Virus record (IMG/VR): IMGVR_UViG_3300037313_000116
Location: 1 to 37,012 of that record
Source: a virus
Lineage: Duplodnaviria > Caudoviricetes
Direction: 5' to 3' (one strand)
Length of the DNA stretch: 37,012 bases
This document shows, one piece after another, positions 27,491-33,798 of the stretch; the stretch's first letter is position 1; the number at the start of each line of letters is the position of its first letter. The notes beneath the pieces are model-generated. The model searched no databases, had not been told where the DNA came from, and saw only the letters and a list, made by a program, of their open reading frames with translations. A program made the translations under genes and the position numbers.

Positions 27491-28030
27491 TTAAGGAGTG
27501 TCAGTGAGAATACCGTTAGCAACTAACGCGGCATAAATACCAGCAATTTTGGCAGTGTCAGTTGCAGAAGGGTCAAGGTAATAGACGGGTTGTGGAGTCG
27601 CATTATTACATCCAAAAGCACCTGTACTGGCGAGTTGAGTAAATTTACCCTTTGCCCAGCCTGTTTGCCCAATGTCCATATTATCAATTGTACCCGGAGT
27701 CAGGGGTGCTTTAATTTGAATACCTCCGACACCAATAGGTGTGATGGTAATATTGGAATTTACGGGGTTAAATGTCACAGGACCGGGGACAGCAAGAGAG
27801 GTAAATTTTCCGGAGCTTGGAGTAACTAACCCTATCTGACCCGGTTCCTCCCAAGTATGGGCTTCCAAAGTAGCTGCATTCAGACTTTCGAGACTACCCC
27901 CAACACGTAGAAACATGGCATATAGAAAGTCATATGCTTCTTTAGTGAGGTTACCATTCTGGTCCGTAAACAGCATGTAAGGACGAAGTGGGGAGATTTT
28001 ACCGGATGTCATCGATAACCTCTCCAACAA
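27491..28030 (-). CDS. hypothetical, fibre-like virion protein (start possibly 28012)
   Basis: Two IG..T...GKFT.L repeats. Confidence 0.6.
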   Translation of the reverse strand: MLERLSMTSGKISPLRPYMLFTDQNGNLTKEAYDFLYAMFLRVGGSLESLNAATLEAHTWEEPGQIGLVTPSSGKFTSLAVPGPVTFNPVNSNITITPIGVGGIQIKAPLTPGTIDNMDIGQTGWAKGKFTQLASTGAFGCNNATPQPVYYLDPSATDTAKIAGIYAALVANGILTDTP

Positions 28031-28568
28031 TCACATCAGTGACCTCGATAATGGGTTTAGTACCATTGGCAATCTGTTCAAACTTCTCAGCCAGTTTGCT
28101 GAGTTTATCGTCAATCTGCTCCACACTGACACTCTGGGGACGTTGGTTGTCCAACACATCCCGACGGTTCATCATGTCTATAGCCACTTTATGAGCATCC
28201 TTCATGGACACTGGTTTACGAACCATCTGACCAGATTTGTTGTCATAGATGAAGTCACCATTAGCCAATCGATCCTCAGTAGCAGCCAAGGTGCTCTCGA
28301 TGATTCGCTTCAATCGGGCACTCAGTTGGATGTTTTCTTGGGACTTGAGATCAATCTCCATCTCCTTCCACCAATCCTTCTGTTTCCACTCACGAAGAGT
28401 CATTTCAGGGATTTTAAGGACACGGGAGGTAAGAGACAGATTACCAAGTGATAGGTAGGTAGTGATCGCTTCTAGCTTCTGACTGTCTGACCAAGAACGG
28501 CCAACAGCACCTACTGGACGACCTCGTTTAGATTGTTTGGATTGCATACGTTCGTTGTCAGATAGCAC
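27999..28568 (-). CDS. terminase small subunit (putative)
   Basis: HTH-like WS...KLEA...Y...GNL......IPE.TL..WK...WW; first late gene; GTG 28568 has GGGAG 7 nt upstream. Confidence 0.7.
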   Translation of the reverse strand: MLSDNERMQSKQSKRGRPVGAVGRSWSDSQKLEAITTYLSLGNLSLTSRVLKIPEMTLREWKQKDWWKEMEIDLKSQENIQLSARLKRIIESTLAATEDRLANGDFIYDNKSGQMVRKPVSMKDAHKVAIDMMNRRDVLDNQRPQSVSVEQIDDKLSKLAEKFEQIANGTKPIIEVTDVIVGEVIDDIR

Positions 28569-28666
28569 AGATGGACTCCCATAAAGTAAAGTTATTAGGT
28601 AAGACTGGTTGAATTTTGTAGAACACCAAAGTATGTAACTCACATAAATTACCAGTCTATAATAAT

Positions 28667-28695
28667 ATTATACCACAAATAGTTCCAAAAGTCAA
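28667..28695 (-). promoter_or_regulatory. sigma70 promoter driving the late/structural module
   Basis: TTGACT-17 bp-TATAAT with extended -10 TG on minus strand. Confidence 0.85.
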
Positions 28696-28807
28696 GAGAT
28701 TTCTTGACAAATCTGTAAATTTATGCTAATCACGGGCCAAAGCCCGCTTGGCGTAGCAATCGCTTCGCTCTTTGTTTAACACGTAGATATTTATTTTAGT
28801 ATACCTA

Positions 28808-28836
28808 TTGACATTTAATACTATTTATGTTATAAT
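28808..28836 (+). promoter_or_regulatory. consensus sigma70 promoter facing non-coding DNA
   Basis: TTGACA-17 bp-TATAAT with extended -10 TG. Confidence 0.85.
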
Positions 28837-28909
28837 CTATTATATATAATTATATATATATATATTTATAGTATTATATATTATTATTTATATATAAGTA
28901 TTACTAATA
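28837..28909. repeat. extremely AT-rich, (TA)n-like tract
   Basis: Direct reading; almost no G/C over ~70 bp. Confidence 0.9.
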
Positions 28910-29241
28910 CGCGCGTACGCGAGGGGTGGCATCATACCCCGACGCGCAATCAGGTCAATTATCTCTCATACCATGTCACCAAGACTATGCTACGCCTGCG
29001 AGGCCCGGCTTCATGGGCGAGCAACGATTTAAACGAGCTATAAGCCATTTTATACCCATCAGGCTACCCTCGTACCAACCTACCCCTAAAAACGTCTCCT
29101 AGACCCCTTAAAATCGTTTTAAACGATATTCAAGGATGCCTCCCTCCCTAGATCGCCTTATTAGGCTCTAATGTCTGCTCAAAAATTATAAAAATCGTAG
29201 TAAGCTGCCTTACGCAGTTTTTCCCTCCCGGCAGTTTTCCT

Positions 29242-29254
29242 CCCCCCCCCCCCC
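29242..29254. repeat. C13 homopolymer
   Basis: Direct reading. Confidence 0.9.
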
Positions 29255-29372
29255 TCTTTAAAGCACACCTGTCGAGACACTCCCAACATCGAGGGTTCCT
29301 AACCCTTGGGAATTGCAGATAGGCAATTGATCGGGGGCAAGTATGCGTGTTGCAAGGGGGCAATATTGTACT

Positions 29373-29387
29373 GCCTAAAATTTAAGC
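29373..29387. promoter_or_regulatory. Fis-like site 1
   Basis: GCCTAAAATTTAAGC, one mismatch to GNTYAAAWTTTRANC. Confidence 0.6.
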
Positions 29388-29416
29388 AGCCTAATGTAGA
29401 ATTTTTGTTCTATTTA

Positions 29417-29435
29417 GCTGAGAATCGTTCTCATT
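29417..29435. promoter_or_regulatory. Fur box-like site
   Basis: GCTGAGAATCGTTCTCATT vs AATGAGAATNATTCTCATT. Confidence 0.7.
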
Positions 29436-29463
29436 TACGTTCAACAACTTGGGCGTATATATG

Positions 29464-29481
29464 TGTCAAGGAAACTTTACA
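29464..29481. promoter_or_regulatory. TyrR/PhhR-like box
   Basis: TGTCAA-N6-TTTACA vs TGTAAA-N6-TTTACA. Confidence 0.4.
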
Positions 29482-29535
29482 TTTTCATGGGCACAATTGT
29501 TACAGAAAGTGTTAACTTTCGGGCAGATTTGGGCA

Positions 29536-29551
29536 CTGGGTTTTTATACAG
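29536..29551. promoter_or_regulatory. LexA (SOS) box 1
   Basis: aCTGGGTTTTTATACAGta, CTG-N10-CAG. Confidence 0.7.
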
Positions 29552-29728
29552 TAAAAGTCGGCTATGCCTCAAACGCGCTGCCGGACAGGGCTAGGTAGCT
29601 CTCAGACGCCACGCGTCCGATAATGGTCTCTAATCGCGTCTAAACCGCATTGCCATTATGCAACAATTTCATATTGTGGGAAATCAGGGCTGATTTGTGG
29701 TGTTCTTGACAAGTGATGTATATGACCT

Positions 29729-29743
29729 GCTCAAAGATTAGGC
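29729..29743. promoter_or_regulatory. Fis-like site 2
   Basis: GCTCAAAGATTAGGC with the same CT/AG flanks as site 1. Confidence 0.5.
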
Positions 29744-29768
29744 AGGGCTATCATTATTCGTGATAATC

Positions 29769-29784
29769 CTGTATAGGCATACAG
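29769..29784. promoter_or_regulatory. LexA (SOS) box 2
   Basis: CTGTATAGGCATACAG, CTGTAT-N4-ATACAG. Confidence 0.75.
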
Positions 29785-29881
29785 CAAGGCATGGGAAAAT
29801 CTTCCCAATATACGGAATTGTCATTTTGATATCATATAGATGATCTAGATATGTTGCTCATACACAATATGCGCATGCGCG

Positions 29882-29911
29882 CGTCTAGCATGGATCATTT
29901 AGGAGTGTCAA
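29882..29911 (-). promoter_or_regulatory. possible leftward sigma70 promoter
   Basis: TTGACA-18 bp-TAGACG with extended TG; weak -10. Confidence 0.4.
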
Positions 29912-29948
29912 GAGAAATAATACGTGTCGTATTTGTGCTACATCGTGA

Positions 29949-29964
29949 TTCCTAATATTGGGAA
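29949..29964. repeat. TTCCYAAYATTRGGAA palindrome copy
   Basis: TTCCTAATATTGGGAA, 3 bp upstream of the early -35. Confidence 0.8.
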
Positions 29965-29967
29965 CGC

Positions 29968-29995
29968 TTGACACGACCAACCATCGGTGTATGAT
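29968..29995 (+). promoter_or_regulatory. early sigma70 promoter
   Basis: TTGACA-16 bp-TATGAT followed by a hairpin at the predicted start. Confidence 0.75.
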
Positions 29996-30128
29996 GGGAA
30001 CCGTTGTAAGACGGTATCGACGGATGGGGTAGGGGAGTGCGACCCATCGAAACGGTATGCCTACTAACCGGAAGCCGGTATGCGTGACCCGGCATGTTGT
30101 ACCCATGTTCACAACGAACAGATGGGAT

Positions 30129-30140
30129 TGCTCTTTAAAA
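30129..30140 (+). promoter_or_regulatory. boxA antitermination element (rrn/nut type)
   Basis: TGCTCTTTAAAA vs rrn boxA TGCTCTTTAACA; preceded by hairpin 30102-30126. Confidence 0.7.
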
Positions 30141-30315
30141 ACTTAGTAGCTCATATCCTCCCCCATAGCAGGCGTGCATGCGTCTGCGACTATTTGGGGC
30201 ATTTGGAACGTCGGGATTTGGCAAGGCCAATCGTTAGCTAGTCTAGCGGACGTGCTGAGTGTTCAAACCTAAGCGCAACGAGTTTGTGTTTAGGTTTCAT
30301 TCACAAGGGGGAACT

Positions 30316-30510
30316 ATGTCACCACTACAGCAGGCAGCAAGGCAGTTTGCTATTGCCGCAGGATATCGTGAAGGCGAATGGAAACTGTTAGAGAATCCTT
30401 TGGCTAGTAAAGCAAAGAATCCAGCATATTCCATCTATGTCAGGGCGCTGGGCGCAAAACGTGGTAAATGTATCGGGGCTATTATGCTCAGGAGCATTTA
30501 CCCAATCTAA
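30316..30510 (+). CDS. early hypothetical protein
   Basis: ATG 30316 with AAGGGGG RBS (ORF track start 30259 runs through a hairpin). Confidence 0.7.
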   Translation: MSPLQQAARQFAIAAGYREGEWKLLENPLASKAKNPAYSIYVRALGAKRGKCIGAIMLRSIYPI

Positions 30511-30593
30511 AACCTAAACCATAGGGCAGCTAGTCTGCCTCTTGGTTTGTGTTTTAACCACGCCAGCAACGCTGGCTTTACCTTGGGGGATTT

Positions 30594-30797
30594 ATGAAAA
30601 TTGATCGTGTATTAGTACAGAAAGAATTGGATGAAGCCATTGGCCGTGCTGAATATTTCTCCAAAGATGGATGTGTCCGTCATGTAAACGCCAGTGTTTC
30701 CTTATTTGGTGACGAGCTGCACATCTGTTTTATTGTGTCGGAATGGTATGCACACGGCCAAACTGTAGCAAGTTACATCAACGGAAAAGAGGTGTAA
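30594..30797 (+). CDS. early hypothetical protein
   Basis: GGGGGA RBS, 67 aa. Confidence 0.7.
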   Translation: MKIDRVLVQKELDEAIGRAEYFSKDGCVRHVNASVSLFGDELHICFIVSEWYAHGQTVASYINGKEV

Positions 30798-30799
30798 TT

Positions 30800-30892
30800 A
30801 TGGCAGTTCGTAAAGCAAACCGTGTGCTGTTGAGCGTATGGGTTTTTAGCGCCCTATTTTTCATTGTCCAATTCTGGATGGTGCTCGCATGA
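30800..30892 (+). CDS. 30-aa single-TM peptide
   Basis: MAVRKANRVLLSVWVFSALFFIVQFWMVLA; GAGGT RBS; ATGA overlap with next gene. Confidence 0.7.
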   Translation: MAVRKANRVLLSVWVFSALFFIVQFWMVLA

Positions 30893-31086
30893 AACTCATT
30901 CGTCAATACAAGCGCAAAGAGGCGGACGATTCCACCTATCAAGCTGCGGTTTATGAGCATGTAGGCTGGAAAGAATTCTTCGTTCGGTATTGGATCAATG
31001 GCAAATACTTGACGACTCGTGCCTTTGGATCGGAAAGACAGGATGCCATCGAAAGTGCTGATTCGTTCGTTAATCGGCTAAAGTAG
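30889..31086 (+). CDS. early hypothetical protein
   Basis: Coupled ATGA start, 65 aa. Confidence 0.7.
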   Translation: MKLIRQYKRKEADDSTYQAAVYEHVGWKEFFVRYWINGKYLTTRAFGSERQDAIESADSFVNRLK

Positions 31087-31145
31087 GGTATTTACAGATA
31101 ACTTCGGTTATCTGCCAGTATCTTACATACTGGGGATAGGAGGTA

Positions 31146-31331
31146 ATGAGCATGAACGATCAAATGTCTACGTTGGTCTACATCAGCCTGTTGGCGGTCT
31201 ATCAACAGCGCGGCATCGTGCACGCAATAGCATATGGTGTCTCGCAAGGTATGACCACTGAAGAAGTGTACAGCATCATAAATTTCTACGATGCGCAGGC
31301 AGAGAATGCGAAGCAAGGTTTGTTGCCGTAA
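31146..31331 (+). CDS. early hypothetical protein
   Basis: AGGAGG RBS, 61 aa. Confidence 0.7.
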   Translation: MSMNDQMSTLVYISLLAVYQQRGIVHAIAYGVSQGMTTEEVYSIINFYDAQAENAKQGLLP

Positions 31332-31446
31332 AACCAGCATTTAACATTTGTAACATTTGTTGTATTTTAGCAACAGTCAGGTGTGGTAAAAATACAACTT
31401 GCGGAAGATCAACGTTTCATGAGATAATCTTTCCTAGTTGCAGGTT

Positions 31447-31486
31447 TGTAGGAATTTTCCTACAGGATTTTCGGAATAGTCCTACT
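31447..31486. promoter_or_regulatory. tandem NarL/GacA-family-like response regulator boxes
   Basis: TGTAGG-N6-CCTACA (31447-31464) and degenerate copy 22 bp downstream (31469-31486). Confidence 0.5.
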
Positions 31487-31502
31487 TTCCCAATATTGGG
31501 AA
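31487..31502. repeat. TTCCYAAYATTRGGAA palindrome copy
   Basis: TTCCCAATATTGGGAA perfect; TAGAAT -10-like hexamer at 31509-31514. Confidence 0.8.
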
Positions 31503-31592
31503 TTGCTGTAGAATGGATGGTGTTGGAGGTGCGGATTGCACCGATGCCGTAGGGCATTTCCCTACATCAATTGATTTTTAGGAGAATATATC

Positions 31593-32456
31593 ATGGCAGC
31601 AGCAGCACAATCGAAACTGGCAAAACAGGCTGGCAAGGCAAAAGCCACGGATTCCACCATCGCCAAGCTTCCGGCACATACCACCACGCAAGCGGCACAC
31701 GCCCCGCGTGCGGCAGCACTCAAAACCGGCGTGGAACTCACCGGCCAGTACCTGTTTGACCGGCTGATCGGCGATGATTCCAAAGCGGACCTGTCCAAAA
31801 TGGATGTCGTGCGGCTGATGGTCCCGATGGACGTTGGAGTGGTCAAAGGCGCAATTGCGGACATGGTGGCCATCGCCAAATCGGCCAGTGATGCCGCTGA
31901 CAAGGACGCCAAAGCTGGTGGATGGGACGGCAAGGCCGACAGTAAGCCGGTCGCTGTGCGTAAGGCACAAGCCACGCTGAAAACCGCACAGAACCACCAG
32001 TCGGTCATGCGTGTGGCATACGGCGCGCTCAAGTTTGCCGAAAAGCAACTCAAGGCATTGGGTGCTGGTGCTGATACCGGCTATTTGCTGATGCAGCAAC
32101 TCGGCAGCAAGGCGCTGGCCGATGCTGGTCTGAATTGGGACGGCACGAAAGCCGAGACCAAGGAACAGCGCGACGCTCGCCGCGCTCAAGGCGACGAAAC
32201 AAAAGCCATGCTCAAGGTGCAGGCCGAGCATCCTCGCAAACCGAACGAATCGCGGGCTGACTACTACGCTCGCATCGATAAGCAAGTGGAGAAGGAACTC
32301 GGCAACATGCGCGCTGAACAGCACCGCGCTCGTGTCGAAGCGCTGGCCACGAAGTTCCGCAAGGATGCGGGCGACGATCTGGCCGAAGTGCTGGAGTACA
32401 TCGCCACGCAAAAAGATCAGCCTGCTAATCCGGCCGCTGATGCCAGTTTGCACTAA
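31593..32456 (+). CDS. Ala/Lys-rich helical protein of unknown function, likely highly expressed
   Basis: AGGAGA RBS; strongly C/G-ending codons unlike neighbours; double terminator downstream. Confidence 0.85.
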   Translation: MAAAAQSKLAKQAGKAKATDSTIAKLPAHTTTQAAHAPRAAALKTGVELTGQYLFDRLIGDDSKADLSKMDVVRLMVPMDVGVVKGAIADMVAIAKSASDAADKDAKAGGWDGKADSKPVAVRKAQATLKTAQNHQSVMRVAYGALKFAEKQLKALGAGADTGYLLMQQLGSKALADAGLNWDGTKAETKEQRDARRAQGDETKAMLKVQAEHPRKPNESRADYYARIDKQVEKELGNMRAEQHRARVEALATKFRKDAGDDLAEVLEYIATQKDQPANPAADASLH

Positions 32457-32463
32457 TCCACAT

Positions 32464-32482
32464 ACCCCCGCAAGGGGGTTTT
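32464..32482 (+). terminator. intrinsic terminator
   Basis: ACCCCC-GCAA-GGGGGT-TTT. Confidence 0.8.
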
Positions 32483-32499
32483 GTCGTTTTACATGAATC

Positions 32500-32530
32500 G
32501 CCCGCCCCTAAAAAGGCGGGCTTTTTATTT
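32500..32530 (+). terminator. second intrinsic terminator
   Basis: GCCCGCC-N8-GGCGGGC-TTTTTATTT. Confidence 0.85.
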
Positions 32531-32552
32531 GCCTGAATAGTTGCACTGCGGC

Positions 32553-32572
32553 AATTCCCAATATTGGGAATT
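32553..32572. repeat. TTCCYAAYATTRGGAA palindrome copy
   Basis: AATTCCCAATATTGGGAATT, perfect 20 bp. Confidence 0.8.
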
Positions 32573-32626
32573 CTATGTCTCGTTGTGGGAATAAAGGTCG
32601 ATCAACATGAGACAAATCCGGCATCC

Positions 32627-32824
32627 ATGATCTACGGAATGTATGAGTACACCGATGAATGGGGCAATAAGAAGCACACAAGTGCCCGTATCGGTGGATT
32701 CAAAACCGAAGAACAGGCAGTAAAAGCAATCACAAAGCGAGGGGGTAACGGATATACATTATCCGATCGTAATGTGTTGATAAACATTGTCCGCGATGGG
32801 CAGATCAAAAAGGTGATTCCGTGA
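32627..32824 (+). CDS. early hypothetical protein (start uncertain)
   Basis: In-frame ATG 32627; GTGA overlap with next gene. Confidence 0.6.
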   Translation: MIYGMYEYTDEWGNKKHTSARIGGFKTEEQAVKAITKRGGNGYTLSDRNVLINIVRDGQIKKVIP

Positions 32825-32961
32825 ATCCTGCTGAACGTATCGTATGTACTTTTTGGCTTTTTTATGCTGTTGCGAGTGCCATTAATCATGATCCTTATGG
32901 TATCTGTGCCTGTGTTCTAGGCATTGCGGTTGAGTTTATGGATGGATGGCTTCGTAAGTAA
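32821..32961 (+). CDS. 46-aa hydrophobic protein
   Basis: Manual translation MNPAERIVCTFWLFYAVASAINHDPYGICACVLGIAVEFMDGWLRK; AAGGTG RBS. Confidence 0.6.
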   Translation: MNPAERIVCTFWLFYAVASAINHDPYGICACVLGIAVEFMDGWLRK

Positions 32962-33050
32962 TCAGCGCAAGGGCATTGAGGCGAAAGCCTAAGTGCCTTT
33001 CTGCGGGTTTCTTAACAAGCCCGGTTCCCCTTAACTAACTGGAGAAGATC

Positions 33051-33083
33051 ATGCACTATTCGATCAGCGCACTGTATATCTAA
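33051..33083 (+). CDS. 10-codon mini-ORF MHYSISALYI
   Basis: GGAGA 5 nt upstream of ATG; hairpin and T-rich run downstream. Confidence 0.4.
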   Translation: MHYSISALYI

Positions 33084-33123
33084 ATCATTCGGCCCGGCCG
33101 CACACACGTTAGTCGTGTCGAGT

Positions 33124-33157
33124 GGTTCCCGTAAGGAACCTTTATCTCTTTTCTTTT
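33124..33157 (+). terminator. possible terminator/attenuator
   Basis: GGTTCC-CGTAA-GGAACC then TTTATCTCTTTTCTTTT. Confidence 0.55.
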
Positions 33158-33171
33158 CCTAATATTAGGAG
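33156..33171. repeat. palindrome copy overlapping an RBS
   Basis: TTCCTAATATTAGGAG. Confidence 0.75.
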
Positions 33172-33179
33172 TTTTTCGC

Positions 33180-33320
33180 ATGAAGCTCAAAAATGCCCCT
33201 GCCCGTAAACTGGCTCGTCAAGCACGAGCACAGGGCAAAGAACTGACCGAACAAGCATATCAGCAAGCTCGTGCAGTGCGTACCAAAAAGAACCGCTCGG
33301 CCACCCGTTTCTATCGTTAA
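33180..33320 (+). CDS. 46-aa highly basic protein
   Basis: MKLKNAPARKLARQARAQGKELTEQAYQQARAVRTKKNRSATRFYR; AGGAG RBS. Confidence 0.75.
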   Translation: MKLKNAPARKLARQARAQGKELTEQAYQQARAVRTKKNRSATRFYR

Positions 33321-33338
33321 TTTACAGGAGCATTTTCC

Positions 33339-33674
33339 ATGAACCAAGCTGAAATCTCGAAGCTGCAATCCCGTCGTTCCCACAATGCAGCAGTCATCAC
33401 GCTGCTTATCAGCAAGATGCTGACGGCAAAAGCCGAAGCAAAAGTTTCGTGCTATCGTCTCAGCCGTGAGTACCATCGCGACGAAGCGCGCCGTATCCGT
33501 ACGGCGGTCATAGAAATGTCCAACATGCAGAAGCAGGTCAAGAAAGACCTATTGGCCAGCAAGTACGCTCGCCTGCAAGCAGCTGGTAAGGTGCGTTCGA
33601 AGCATGGCATGGATGATCCGCGTTACGAAGCATGGGCCGATCGTCCGGTTGAATTCCGTGGCGTTCAGCTCTAA
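33339..33674 (+). CDS. basic helical hypothetical protein
   Basis: AGGAG RBS, 111 aa. Confidence 0.8.
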   Translation: MNQAEISKLQSRRSHNAAVITLLISKMLTAKAEAKVSCYRLSREYHRDEARRIRTAVIEMSNMQKQVKKDLLASKYARLQAAGKVRSKHGMDDPRYEAWADRPVEFRGVQL

Positions 33675-33684
33675 TCGGACCTAG

Positions 33685-33798
33685 ATGCTGGCATTAATTG
33701 CTGCCGTACTCATCTATCACTTCGTCAATACTTGGCTTTGGTGGGTGTGGTTCGGCTTGGCATTCGTAGTGTGGTGGCTGAGAGGTGAATATGATTAA
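33685..33798 (+). CDS. 37-aa Trp-rich membrane peptide
   Basis: MLALIAAVLIYHFVNTWLWWVWFGLAFVVWWLRGEYD. Confidence 0.6.
   Translation: MLALIAAVLIYHFVNTWLWWVWFGLAFVVWWLRGEYD

Noticed and set aside
28973-29032. 19-codon ORF MSPRLCYACEARLHGRATI downstream of the consensus promoter
   Set aside because: No Shine-Dalgarno sequence; length expected by chance
29706-29734. TTGACA at 29706 as a promoter
   Set aside because: No -10 hexamer at 16-18 bp spacing
29536-29784. LexA boxes as evidence of an SOS-inducible prophage
   Set aside because: No integrase, repressor or att site in window; boxes do not overlap the early promoter; gene content looks lytic
29148-30112. Short ORFs called in the terminal non-coding region
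   Set aside because: No RBS, they run through poly-C, promoters and palindromes, and have no protein-like character
30001-30260. tRNA or known riboswitch in the early leader
   Set aside because: No cloverleaf, TTC-loop or recognisable aptamer consensus by eye; an Rfam scan would settle it
31562-32453. Antisense ORFs of 291 and 163 aa
   Set aside because: Shadow of the GC-codon-biased + strand gene, which has the RBS and terminators
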